Positions 17,291 through 26,089 of a stretch of DNA of 32,000 nt are shown here, piece after piece (the stretch's first letter is position 1; every line of letters starts with the position of its first letter). The stretch is from Aquifex aeolicus VF5. GTDB taxonomy: Bacteria; Aquificota; Aquificia; Aquificales; Aquificaceae. The notes beneath the pieces are model-generated. The model had not been told where the DNA came from. It was given only the letters and a program-made list of their open reading frames with translations, and ran no database searches. Where the stretch lies: positions 90,001-122,000 of the forward strand of contig NC_000918.1 in NCBI RefSeq assembly GCF_000008625.1. The letters are read 5' to 3'. Position numbers and translations under genes: made by a program.

Positions 17291-18795
17291 TTTTTCTTAC
17301 TCCCCCCTTTTGATTTGTCTTTAAGGAGAACCTCTTTTATCAAATAGTTCTGAATAATATTGAATACGTTGTTCAGCGTCCAGTAAAGAACCAGTCCCGC
17401 CGGGAAGTTTATAAAGAGTAATGTGAATGCCACCGAGGTTATGTATCCCACAAGGGCCTGCTTTGGATCGGGGGAAGGAGTCATCTTTTGCTGAAGTATC
17501 ATGGTAAGTCCCATAATAACGGGAAGTATGTAATAGGGATCCTTGTCCGCAAGGCTGGGAATCCAGAGGAAACTGCTGACTTTCAGATCTACGGTTATTA
17601 TGAGAACCTTGTATAGCGCAAAGAATATAGGTATCTGGAGGAGTATGGGAAGGCATCCTGCCATAGGGTTGAATCCCGTTTCCGCGTAGAGTTTCATCAT
17701 CTCTTCCTGCATCTTTACGGGATCGTCCTTATACTTCTGTTTAATCTTTTCCATTTTAGGGGCGAGTTCTTGAAGCTTTTGCATAGAAACTACGCTTTTG
17801 TACCCCAGCGGGAAGAGGAAAATCCTGACTATAAACGTGAGAACGAGGATAGAGAGAACCCAGCTTCCCGTGTGTTCGTATATCCAGTACAGGAAGAGAA
17901 AGAGCGGTTTTACTATTATCTTTAAAGTTCCCCAGTCTAAGGTATCTACCAAACCAAGTTCTCTGAGCCTTGCATAGTCCTTCGCACCAAGGTATATGGT
18001 CTTCTCTCCATCGTAAAGGAAAGTGGAAAGTGATACAAATTTATCTCCTAGTTTTACTTTGTAAACTATGTGTTTCTGGTAATCCTTTGCCCCTTTAAAG
18101 AAGTACCTGCTTTCCTCTCCTCCAAACTCAATATTCCCTTCAAACTCATTTATACCCTTTAGATCATCCACATCAAGCCTTACAACTTCCCCGTTTATTT
18201 TCAGAACAGGTCCTACGTGTGTATAAAATGCCTCATCATCGGGAGGAGAACCTACAAACACCCAGAAGGGTGGTTTTAATCCTTCAACGCTTAAATGAAT
18301 TGCTCCGTTTTTATAGGAAAGTATTTTCTTTACTTTCAGCTCCTTGTGGATTAATTCGACTGAGTTTTTACCTTCTTTAATTTCGTATTCTCCAAAGTTT
18401 AATTTCTGATCAAGGTCTGGATTTCCCGTGAATATCTCCAGAGGGAATATTTTTAACTCTCTTTCAGCTTTCGATATTAAATCAAAGCCGTACTTCTGAT
18501 CTATAAATCTTAAAATTTTCCCGCCTTTTTCAGACAATTCCAAGGAATAAATTCCTAGTTTTACAGTTTTAGTGTTTTTATACTCCTGTTTTTCTCTGAA
18601 AGTTCCGAGCATTAACTGGGGAAGGTTTACGTTTTTAAACTCTTCTTTTTTTACTACTTCTTTTTTTTCTGTTTTTTGAGGTTGAGAGGGTTTAACGTAA
18701 TAAATGTAAAATAGCTCGTAAGCGGTTATGAATAAAAACATTAAGATTGTGAATATTAAAAACCTTTTCCAGAACTGGTTGTCGTTGTCCATCAT
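17287..18795 (-). CDS. yidC: Membrane protein insertase YidC
   Basis: 502 aa; N-terminal TM and large periplasmic domain, then RIFLFPLGYKSVVSMQKLQELAPKMEKIKQKYKDDP, ETGFNPMAGCLPILLQIPIFFALYKVL, YWTLNNVFNIIQNYLI. Confidence 0.96.
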   Translation of the reverse strand: MMDNDNQFWKRFLIFTILMFLFITAYELFYIYYVKPSQPQKTEKKEVVKKEEFKNVNLPQLMLGTFREKQEYKNTKTVKLGIYSLELSEKGGKILRFIDQKYGFDLISKAERELKIFPLEIFTGNPDLDQKLNFGEYEIKEGKNSVELIHKELKVKKILSYKNGAIHLSVEGLKPPFWVFVGSPPDDEAFYTHVGPVLKINGEVVRLDVDDLKGINEFEGNIEFGGEESRYFFKGAKDYQKHIVYKVKLGDKFVSLSTFLYDGEKTIYLGAKDYARLRELGLVDTLDWGTLKIIVKPLFLFLYWIYEHTGSWVLSILVLTFIVRIFLFPLGYKSVVSMQKLQELAPKMEKIKQKYKDDPVKMQEEMMKLYAETGFNPMAGCLPILLQIPIFFALYKVLIITVDLKVSSFLWIPSLADKDPYYILPVIMGLTMILQQKMTPSPDPKQALVGYITSVAFTLLFINFPAGLVLYWTLNNVFNIIQNYLIKEVLLKDKSKGGSKKK

Positions 18796-18998
18796 GGGTA
18801 ATCAACTCCTCCCTTAAAGAAAGGGTTGCACCTCAAGACTCTGAAGAAAGCCTTAATAAGTCCCTTCAGCACTCCGTACTTTTCCACAGCCATTATAGCG
18901 TATGTAGAACAAGTAGGGTAATACCTACAGGAAGAAGGGTAAAGAGGAGATATAAACTTCTGCCAGAATTTTAAGAAAATTAAAACTATACTTTTCAT
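18792..18998 (-). CDS. yidD: Membrane protein insertion efficiency factor YidD
   Basis: FLKFWQKFISPLYPSSCRYYPTCSTYAIMAVEKYGVLKG...RVLRCNPFFKGGVDYP. Confidence 0.95.
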   Translation of the reverse strand: MKSIVLIFLKFWQKFISPLYPSSCRYYPTCSTYAIMAVEKYGVLKGLIKAFFRVLRCNPFFKGGVDYP

Positions 18999-19001
18999 AA
19001 C

Positions 19002-19145
19002 TTAAGGAGCGAGTCTCTTCCTGCCTTTTCTCCTCCTTCTGGCTATGATCTTCCTTCCAGACTTCGTTCTCATTCTTGCGAGAAATCCGCTCTTTCTCTT
19101 CTTCTTTTTTATAGATATATGCGGTTTTAATCCTTCGGTTACCAT
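19002..19145 (-). CDS. rpmH: 50S ribosomal protein L34, not in the supplied ORF track
   Basis: Manual reverse-strand translation: [47 protein letters not shown]; L34 core [27 protein letters not shown]; RBS aggagg upstream. Confidence 0.95.
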   Translation of the reverse strand: MVTEGLKPHISIKKKKRKSGFLARMRTKSGRKIIARRRRKGRKRLAP

Positions 19146-19188
19146 TCCAATATCCTCCTAAATAAAAATTTAAAGGAGAGAGAAGGGC

Positions 19189-19491
19189 TTAAACCACGAA
19201 GAGCAGTATGAAAGCTATGAGCAATCCGTAAAGAGCGATAGTTTCTATAAACGCAAGTCCTATGAACATAAGGGTTTGAAGTCTTCCGCCTGCGTTGGGA
19301 TTCCTCGCAACACCTTCCTGAGTTCCCCTAACGGCATGACCCATACCAACTCCGGCACCGAGTCCTGCAAGCCCTATAGCAAGTCCTGCTCCAAGGTACA
19401 GAAGTCCCTTAGCTACGGAAGCCTCTCCTTCCGCTGCCATTGCTATAGCAGGCATTATAGCGGTTAAGATAGCCATTAACCTCTTCATCAC
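19189..19491 (-). CDS. atpE: F1F0 ATP synthase subunit c with N-terminal signal peptide
   Basis: [19 protein letters not shown] signal-like leader, then [36 protein letters not shown]...[23 protein letters not shown]. Confidence 0.96.
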   Translation of the reverse strand: MMKRLMAILTAIMPAIAMAAEGEASVAKGLLYLGAGLAIGLAGLGAGVGMGHAVRGTQEGVARNPNAGGRLQTLMFIGLAFIETIALYGLLIAFILLFVV

Positions 19492-19506
19492 CTACCTCCT
19501 TAAAGC

Positions 19507-19914
19507 TTATTTAACTATAAGAGAAGCCAAGTTTAGTCCGTCTATTACCTTACAAAGGTACGCGGAAGGGTAACAAGCCCATACCACGAGCTCGTACCCT
19601 TTCCCTTCCACAAACTTCTTCACTTCTTCACTCAGCGGTCCTATCCTGTACTCAACACCGGGAATTTCCGTACTTCCAGTTAATTTTTCCCAAACTTCTC
19701 TCAATCTTCTCTCTATACGCTTCTTACTCTCTTCCTTTATCTCAGGTGGAAAGGGAAGACCGAAAGTTACATTAGCCCTCTCTAAGTTGTAAACGTCTTC
19801 CAGTACAGCCAGAATGTCTAGCTCCGCACCAAGTTTTTCGGAGAAGTTCACGGCGTAAGTAATCGCCTTTTCGCAATCGCTGTAAGCGTCTGTTAAAACT
19901 AGCAGTACCTTCAT
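19507..19914 (-). CDS. Universal stress protein (UspA)-like protein
   Basis: MKVLLVLTDAYSDCEKAITYAVNFSEKLGAELDILAVL ... YELVVWACYP; between atpE and atpB. Confidence 0.6.
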   Translation of the reverse strand: MKVLLVLTDAYSDCEKAITYAVNFSEKLGAELDILAVLEDVYNLERANVTFGLPFPPEIKEESKKRIERRLREVWEKLTGSTEIPGVEYRIGPLSEEVKKFVEGKGYELVVWACYPSAYLCKVIDGLNLASLIVK

Positions 19915-19915
19915 A

Positions 19916-20566
19916 TCAGTGCTCCTCGTGTGCTACAGCTCCGGCTATGTAAACCACCGAGAGTATCATAAAGATGTAAGTCTGTATGAATATGGCGAGG
20001 AACTTTATAGCTATAACGAATATAAGCACAACCGGTGATACTACCAGCGTGAATGGATTCTTGATAACCAGGCTTACTAAAGTAAGAAGTAGGAGTGCTC
20101 CCGCTTTCATGTTTGCGAATAACCTGAGGGAGAGGGTGATTGGTCTTGCTATGTGAGATATAACTTCAACCACGAAGAAAAAGGGAGCCATTAGAGGTAT
20201 GGGTCCCATAAAGTGTTTCAAATAAGCAAGACCGTTTTCCCTGAAGCCTTCAAAGTGGTAATAAAAGAACACTAAAAGTGCTAAAGCTAGGTTGGTGTTT
20301 ATGTTTGCGGTAGGAGCTTCAAAGCCGGGAACCATTCCTAGTATGTTCCCGAAGAAAACGAAGAGTCCTATGGCTGCTATCAAGGGTACGTATTTAAGTC
20401 CTCTTTCGCCTACGTTTTCCAGGAGCATATTCCTGACGAATCTCAGGTATCCTTCCAGTAGAGCTTGATACTTTGTAGGTTTAAGGGAAGGTTTTCCTCC
20501 TTTGAGGACGAAAATTATCGCAAGTGCCACCGCTAAGAGTGCGTAAACTACGTGCGAGTACTCCAT
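19916..20566 (-). CDS. atpB: F1F0 ATP synthase subunit a
   Basis: [72 protein letters not shown]. Confidence 0.96.
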   Translation of the reverse strand: MEYSHVVYALLAVALAIIFVLKGGKPSLKPTKYQALLEGYLRFVRNMLLENVGERGLKYVPLIAAIGLFVFFGNILGMVPGFEAPTANINTNLALALLVFFYYHFEGFRENGLAYLKHFMGPIPLMAPFFFVVEVISHIARPITLSLRLFANMKAGALLLLTLVSLVIKNPFTLVVSPVVLIFVIAIKFLAIFIQTYIFMILSVVYIAGAVAHEEH

Positions 20567-20615
20567 TTCCCTTACCTCTTTTGCAATTGGCTCAGAAAAT
20601 TATAACATAAATTTG

Positions 20616-21377
20616 ATGCTGGCAAAGAGAATAATTCCCTGCCTTGACGTGGATAAAGGGAGAGTTGTGAAAGGTGTGAAGTTCCTAAACCTCAGGGACG
20701 CGGGAGACCCAGTGGAAGTGGCAAAAAGGTACGAAGAAGAAGGAGCGGATGAACTGGTATTCCTGGACATAACAGCCTCGGCGGAAGACAGGGAAATAAT
20801 GATAGACGTAGTAAAGAAGGTTGCCGAAACCGTCTTCATGCCCTTCACAGTGGGAGGAGGGATAAGGAGCTTGGAGGATATGAGGAGACTCTTAGAAGCG
20901 GGAGCGGACAAGATATCTATAAACACGGCAGCGGTGAAGAATCCGAATCTTATTTACGAGGGGGCAAAGAGGTTCGGATCTCAGTGTATAGTGGTTGCTA
21001 TAGACGCAAAAAGGAAGGGAAATTCGTGGGAGGTTTACATACACGGTGGAAGAACACCTACGGGACTTGACGCTGTTGAGTGGGCTAAAAAAGTTGAAAG
21101 TTTGGGAGCTGGAGAGATTCTCTTGACTTCCATGGACAGAGACGGGACAAAGGACGGGTACGATATAGAACTAAACAGAGCCATCTCGGAAGCGGTGAAC
21201 ATACCCGTTATAGCTTCTGGGGGTGCGGGCAAGAAGGAACACTTTTACGAAGTTTTTTCAAAGACAAAGGTAGAGGCTGCCCTTGCCGCTTCAGTATTCC
21301 ACTTCAGGGAAATAAGTATTCCGGAGCTGAAGGAGTATCTTCTGGAAAGAGGTATTAACGTGAGACCTCTTGACTGA
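20616..21377 (+). CDS. hisF: Imidazole glycerol phosphate synthase subunit HisF
   Basis: [64 protein letters not shown]. Confidence 0.96.
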   Translation: MLAKRIIPCLDVDKGRVVKGVKFLNLRDAGDPVEVAKRYEEEGADELVFLDITASAEDREIMIDVVKKVAETVFMPFTVGGGIRSLEDMRRLLEAGADKISINTAAVKNPNLIYEGAKRFGSQCIVVAIDAKRKGNSWEVYIHGGRTPTGLDAVEWAKKVESLGAGEILLTSMDRDGTKDGYDIELNRAISEAVNIPVIASGGAGKKEHFYEVFSKTKVEAALAASVFHFREISIPELKEYLLERGINVRPLD

Positions 21378-22101
21378 CGCATTTTAAAGCTTCCTTTCCC
21401 AATACTTCTTCCAAAACAAACAGAGCTCTTTTTTTTGCAATTTCTGCATTTCTTTCTGGATTTTTAGAGTTTGCATCAGCAAAACCTATAAATTCAACTT
21501 TCTGTAACAAGCCGGATTTTTCTAATTTTGATATCAAGTCCTTTAAGTACTCCAGATTCTTGTCCTCTGTCTTTACTTTTGCGTATCCGAAGTAGATGCT
21601 ATAAGTGATTTTTAAGGATTCTTTTATCTCAGAATTTTTCATTTTCTCGAAGTAAGGGTTTCCTATATCTTGAGTTTCCAGTATAACCTTAATTTGTTTT
21701 TCTTTCTTAAAGGAAGTGATAGGAAACTTCACATAATCTTTTCCGATATCTACCGGATAAGCTATATAATTTTTTTTAACATTACCTTCAAGTTCTTCTA
21801 TATTTGCAACTTCGGGTAGGTCGCTTTTCACGGGAATTACAAGCAAGATGTCTTCGTTTAAATCCACTTTTGGAGTTATTTCTATAACCGCAGACTTTCC
21901 TTTAGTTACACGAATATCCGCCTCTACGTTTTTCATTTTTTCTCCTTTTACCTTTATATTCGTGTAAAGAATAACGTCAGTTCTCCTGAAGTACTTTCCC
22001 GATTTGTCCGATACTTTGTACTTTAAAAAAACTTGAGTGGGACACACTGAGAAGGATAAAGAGGTTAATAGAACCAGAAGAAAGATCAATGTTTTATACA
22101 T
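21355..22101 (-). CDS. Exported protein with OmpA-like C-terminal region
   Basis: Signal peptide [20 protein letters not shown]; C-terminal [34 protein letters not shown] resembles the OmpA peptidoglycan-binding pattern. Confidence 0.55.
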   Translation of the reverse strand: MYKTLIFLLVLLTSLSFSVCPTQVFLKYKVSDKSGKYFRRTDVILYTNIKVKGEKMKNVEADIRVTKGKSAVIEITPKVDLNEDILLVIPVKSDLPEVANIEELEGNVKKNYIAYPVDIGKDYVKFPITSFKKEKQIKVILETQDIGNPYFEKMKNSEIKESLKITYSIYFGYAKVKTEDKNLEYLKDLISKLEKSGLLQKVEFIGFADANSKNPERNAEIAKKRALFVLEEVLGKEALKCVSQEVSR

Positions 22102-22110
22102 ACTCCCTCC

Positions 22111-23304
22111 TTACTTTTTCATTATAAATTCCTCCGATAGTACCTTGAGTTTTCCATCTTCCTTTACTACGTACATACGCTTTATACCTTCGTCAGAATA
22201 AGTGTCAGATCTATACTTCTGGTAGAACTCAATTACATAGTACCTAGGTTCATCATCCCCCAACTTTGAAAAGGCTAAAATGGATAAGTTTGAAATATCT
22301 ACTTTTATGAATTTTTTACTCAAAATAGTCCTCTTCTTGTAATCCTTCCATTCTTTTAATCCGCCACCTTTCCACCTAAAGTGCTTTGAGTAAAAGGAGA
22401 TAAACCTATTTAAATCTTTTTTCTCCCATGCATTCTTCCAGGAGAGTATGAATTCTTTAACGTTTTCCACCTCAAGACTTTGAGGAATTACTTTGTATAT
22501 ACCTATAAGTGTATTTGAGAGGTTTATCTTCGGCACGATTTCCGTCTTTAACACATCGGTCTGAGCTACCACGCACCCTCTCGTACTGAAAGGAAGTTTA
22601 TCTCTGTCTTTTTCGTTGCTACCGTGGAGCCATATGCCGCTTCCCGTCTTTCCAAGGAGTTTGTCATAGGGATTTGGGTAGTTAAGGGCTACCGCTATAC
22701 CACCGTATATTTCTGATAACTGCTCCGGTGGTATAAAGCGAGTAAAGTAATAAACCCCTTCGGGCGTTTTCCCGTCTCCTTCCCTTTCTTTGTCTCCAAT
22801 GTTCATACCCGTAGTTACGGGATACATCCCTTCGAGCTTTTTACCCTTGAATACAAACAAATACTGACTCATCTTCTCAACGAGGAAGACGTAGTGATTT
22901 TCCGGATTTTCTACTAAAACGGGCGGTGCTTCTTTAAACCTTTTTTCAAGGATTTTCCTAATTTTTTCCCTGTAGATTTCCTTATTTTCTACTTTCCTTA
23001 TAAGGAAGTTGAACCTGTAGTAAGATGGATTGTAGTAGGGATTTAGCTCTATTGACTTGAGGTAAGCTTGTATAGCTTCCTTTAATTTCCCTTCTTTTTC
23101 AAGCAAGAGACCTTCGGTATAGAGTTTTACGTAATCCTCTACCGTAATATTTAAATTTTCGAAGTAGGATTTCAGAACTTTTAACTCTAAATCGTTCGTT
23201 TTTCCCTCGTAAAACTTTTTGAATAATTCTCTTATCTTTCCCTTTTCGAGTTCCTCGTAAGAGAAGAGAAAAGAAATACTTAATAAAAGTAGAAAAAGTA
23301 TCAT
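22111..23304 (-). CDS. Exported TPR plus L,D-transpeptidase (YkuD) plus NTF2-like C-terminal domain protein
   Basis: KYLKSIELNPYYNPSYYRFNFL (TPR); MTTGMNIGDKEREGDGKTPEGVYYFTRFIPP and GSGIWLHGSNEKDRDKLPFSTRGCVVAQTDV (YkuD catalytic H/C); ENVKEFILSWKNAWEKKDLNRFISFYSKHF (NTF2-like). Confidence 0.85.
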   Translation of the reverse strand: MILFLLLLSISFLFSYEELEKGKIRELFKKFYEGKTNDLELKVLKSYFENLNITVEDYVKLYTEGLLLEKEGKLKEAIQAYLKSIELNPYYNPSYYRFNFLIRKVENKEIYREKIRKILEKRFKEAPPVLVENPENHYVFLVEKMSQYLFVFKGKKLEGMYPVTTGMNIGDKEREGDGKTPEGVYYFTRFIPPEQLSEIYGGIAVALNYPNPYDKLLGKTGSGIWLHGSNEKDRDKLPFSTRGCVVAQTDVLKTEIVPKINLSNTLIGIYKVIPQSLEVENVKEFILSWKNAWEKKDLNRFISFYSKHFRWKGGGLKEWKDYKKRTILSKKFIKVDISNLSILAFSKLGDDEPRYYVIEFYQKYRSDTYSDEGIKRMYVVKEDGKLKVLSEEFIMKK

Positions 23305-23531
23305 TCTTCTTTACTTCCACTTTCTTCCTTTTTCTTTATTATCTTTACCTTCCCTTCCGCAATATCTTCTATTGCTGCGAAGGTTTTTTTGTGAACCTCT
23401 CCCCCTTCCTGGACAAAAAAGTCCTCTCCTTCCCTGAGGAGCTGAAGCGTTCTCCTTACGGCTGCGTGCACGAGTTCATAGCGGGACTCAACCCTTTTCA
23501 TAGCTTCCTCTATCTTAGGTCTCCTTGACAT
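23301..23531 (-). CDS. rpoZ: RNA polymerase omega subunit-like protein (track start 23540)
   Basis: RRPKIEEAMKRVESRYELVHAAVRRTLQLL plus location next to gmk. Confidence 0.75.
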   Translation of the reverse strand: MSRRPKIEEAMKRVESRYELVHAAVRRTLQLLREGEDFFVQEGGEVHKKTFAAIEDIAEGKVKIIKKKEESGSKEE

Positions 23532-24164
23532 AACACTCACCTCCTTTGAGTAAATCTACGATATCCTTATCGAGCCTGAACTTCTCTATCTCATCCAGGA
23601 CTCTCTCCTTCTTCACTCTGTAAGAGAGAATTATAGATTTTACCTTTTCTACCGCTTCGTTCAAGTAGTCGTTTATAACTATGTAATCGAAAAACCTTGC
23701 ACAGGGAACCTCTCCTTTAGCTGTTTCAAGCCTCTTGCTTACGTTGGAATCTACGTAACCTCTTCCTTCAATCCTCCTCTTAAGTTCTTCAAAGGAGGGA
23801 GGGAGGAGGAAAATGGTAACGGCTTCGGGGAAGAACTTCTTCACTTTAAAGGCACCCTGGACGTCTATGATAAGGAGCGCGTCCTTTTTCTCTACGTTTA
23901 TGGTTTCCTCTATGTCCTTCTTCGGCGTCCCATAGTAATTTCCGTAAACGTTCGCGTACTCGAGGAAGAAGCCTTCCTTTATCTTCTTCTCAAATTCTTC
24001 TACGGAAACGAATACGTAGTCTACTCGTTTTGTTCGTAGGGGCGGGGACTTCTCGTGGTGTAGGTAACTATCCTCTTGAGGTCGGAGACTTCGGAGAGCA
24101 ATTTCTGTGCTACCGTCGTTTTTCCAGTTCCCGAGGGTGCGGAAAGCACGAATAAATTTCCCAT
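23515..24164 (-). CDS. gmk: Guanylate kinase, -1 frameshift near 24026
   Basis: ATG 24164 (rc): MGNLFVLSAPSGTGKTTVAQKLLSEVSDLKRIVTYTTRSPRPYEQN-(+1)-GVDYVFVSVEEFEKKIKEGFFLEYANVYGNYYGTPKKDIEETINVEKKDALLIIDVQGAFKVKKFFPEAVTIFLLPPS... One C added near 24026 restores the frame. Confidence 0.95.
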
Positions 24165-24178
24165 TTTAAAAAATGATA

Positions 24179-24652
24179 CTACTTGCCACAGTAAAGCTCC
24201 AAAACCTTTTGCACTATCTTACTCGTTGATATGTCGTACTCAAAGGGAATCGTAAGAACTTTACCGCCGTAGCTCTCCACAAACTCCCTTCCCACAATCT
24301 TGTCAAGGGGCCAATCTCCACCCTTTACTAGTACGTCCGGTTTTATAGCCTTTATGAGTTTTTCCGGAGTGTCCTCTTCAAAGATGACCACGTAGTCCAC
24401 AGGTTTCAGGGAAGAAAGCACCTTAGCACGCATCTCCTGAGGGATTATCGGTCTTCTTTCTCCCTTTATTCGCCTCACGGAAGAGTCTGAGTTCATACCG
24501 ACCACGAGAATGTCCCCCAGTTTTTTAGCCTTCTCTAAGTAATCCACGTGCCCGGCGTGGATTATGTCAAAACACCCGTTGGTGAAAACAACCTTTTTGC
24601 CTTTTCTCTCCCTTTCCAGAACTTTTAAGAGTTCTTCCAGAGGGAGTATCAT
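24179..24652 (-). CDS. rfaE2: D-glycero-beta-D-manno-heptose 1-phosphate adenylyltransferase
   Basis: VVFTNGCFDIIHAGHVDYLEKAKKLGDILVVGMNSDSSVRRIKG...RPI, VLVKGGDW, FEYDISTSKIV. Confidence 0.93.
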   Translation of the reverse strand: MILPLEELLKVLERERKGKKVVFTNGCFDIIHAGHVDYLEKAKKLGDILVVGMNSDSSVRRIKGERRPIIPQEMRAKVLSSLKPVDYVVIFEEDTPEKLIKAIKPDVLVKGGDWPLDKIVGREFVESYGGKVLTIPFEYDISTSKIVQKVLELYCGK

Positions 24653-26088
24653 GTGAGGTCAAATATCACGGTCTTTATCTCTGTGTAGTCTTCTATTGCG
24701 AACTTTGGTCCTTCCCTACCTATTCCAGAGTACTTTACTCCGCCGTAGGGCATGTGATCCGCCCTGAAAGTGGGTCCCTCATTTATGAGTACTCCTCCCG
24801 CCTCTATCTCCTTTATGCACTTCCAGGCGAGCTTCACGTCGTTCGTGAATACTCCCACCTGAAGACCGTAATCGGAGGAGTTTACCCACCTTATGGCTTC
24901 TTCTATGTCCTTGTAGGGATTTACCGCAACCACGGGGGCGAAGGCTTCTTCTTTGAAGAGTTTAGAGTCTTCAGGAACCAAGGAAACTATCGTGGGAGAG
25001 AATATTGTCTCATCCTCTGCACACCTGAGCCCGCCCGCTTCAATTTTCGCTCCTTTTTGAACAGCTTCCGATATCCACTCCTGTATCCTTTCCAGCTCCG
25101 AGGGTGCTATCATGGGGCCTAAATCCGTGTCCTCGTTCATAGGATCACCGACTTTTAGTTTACTTACTCTTTCTTTTAGTCTTTTAATGAATTCATCGTA
25201 GAGGTCCTCGTGGACGAAAACCCTCTGAACGGATATGCAAACCTGTCCCGCTATCGCGTAACCACCTTGAACCGTCTTCTCAACAGCCTTTTCGAGGTTT
25301 CCGTCCTTGTGGAGGATTATCGCAGAGTTAGAGCCGAGTTCAAGAACGAGCTTCTTTATACCCACCTGCCTCGCTATAATATCTCCAACTTTCCTGCTTC
25401 CCGTAAAGGAGACCACCCTGACGTCCGGGTGCGTAGTCATAGCTTTTCCCACGTCCCCGTACCCGGGTATTACGGAAAGTGCCTTTGGTGGAACTCCCGC
25501 TTCCAGGAGTATCTCTCCAAGCATTAAGGGAGTTAAAGGTGTCCTTTCGGAAGGCTTAAGGATTACAGCGTTTCCCGCAGCCAAGGCGGGTGCTACCTTG
25601 TGCATGGAAAGGTTCAGGGGAAAGTTAAAGGGCGTTATTGCAGAAACTATACCCACCGGCACTCTTATGTAAAAACCTAATTTTCCCTTTCCGTTAGGAT
25701 GGGCGTCTATTGGAAAGGTCTCCCCGTTTACTCTCTTTGCCTCTTCAGCGGAAAATATAAGAGTCTGTATAGCCCTTTGAACCTCTGTTCTCGCTTCCCT
25801 GATGGTTTTCCCGACTTCCAGAACCAAGGTTTTTGCAAACTCTTCGGCCCTCTCCTTCAGGAGCTGGGCAGCCCTCATTAATATCTCGTAGCGCTCGTAA
25901 GCGGTGAGGGAAAAAATCTCTTTGAAACCTTCCTTTGCTCTCTCTATCGCCTTTTCTACGTCCTTTTCGTCTCCCTTCGGAACCCTACCTATCGGTTTTC
26001 TCGTGTAGGGATAAATTACTTCTATCTTTTCCTCTTTGTCTACCCACTCTCCGCCTATTAACATCTTTTTCTCTATCATCTTTCCCAC
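24649..26088 (-). CDS. NAD(P)-dependent aldehyde dehydrogenase
   Basis: SAITPFNFPLNLSMHKVAPALAAGNAVILKPS, VSFTGSRKVGDII, LELGSNSAIIL, QVCISVQRVFV, FKEEAFAPVVAV, ALDH superfamily motifs. Confidence 0.93.
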   Translation of the reverse strand: MGKMIEKKMLIGGEWVDKEEKIEVIYPYTRKPIGRVPKGDEKDVEKAIERAKEGFKEIFSLTAYERYEILMRAAQLLKERAEEFAKTLVLEVGKTIREARTEVQRAIQTLIFSAEEAKRVNGETFPIDAHPNGKGKLGFYIRVPVGIVSAITPFNFPLNLSMHKVAPALAAGNAVILKPSERTPLTPLMLGEILLEAGVPPKALSVIPGYGDVGKAMTTHPDVRVVSFTGSRKVGDIIARQVGIKKLVLELGSNSAIILHKDGNLEKAVEKTVQGGYAIAGQVCISVQRVFVHEDLYDEFIKRLKERVSKLKVGDPMNEDTDLGPMIAPSELERIQEWISEAVQKGAKIEAGGLRCAEDETIFSPTIVSLVPEDSKLFKEEAFAPVVAVNPYKDIEEAIRWVNSSDYGLQVGVFTNDVKLAWKCIKEIEAGGVLINEGPTFRADHMPYGGVKYSGIGREGPKFAIEDYTEIKTVIFDLT

Positions 26089-26089
26089 C

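Noticed and set aside
16500-17300. CRISPR array near cas6
   Set aside because: No regularly spaced direct repeats seen in the flanking sequence or elsewhere in the window; every flanking stretch is coding.
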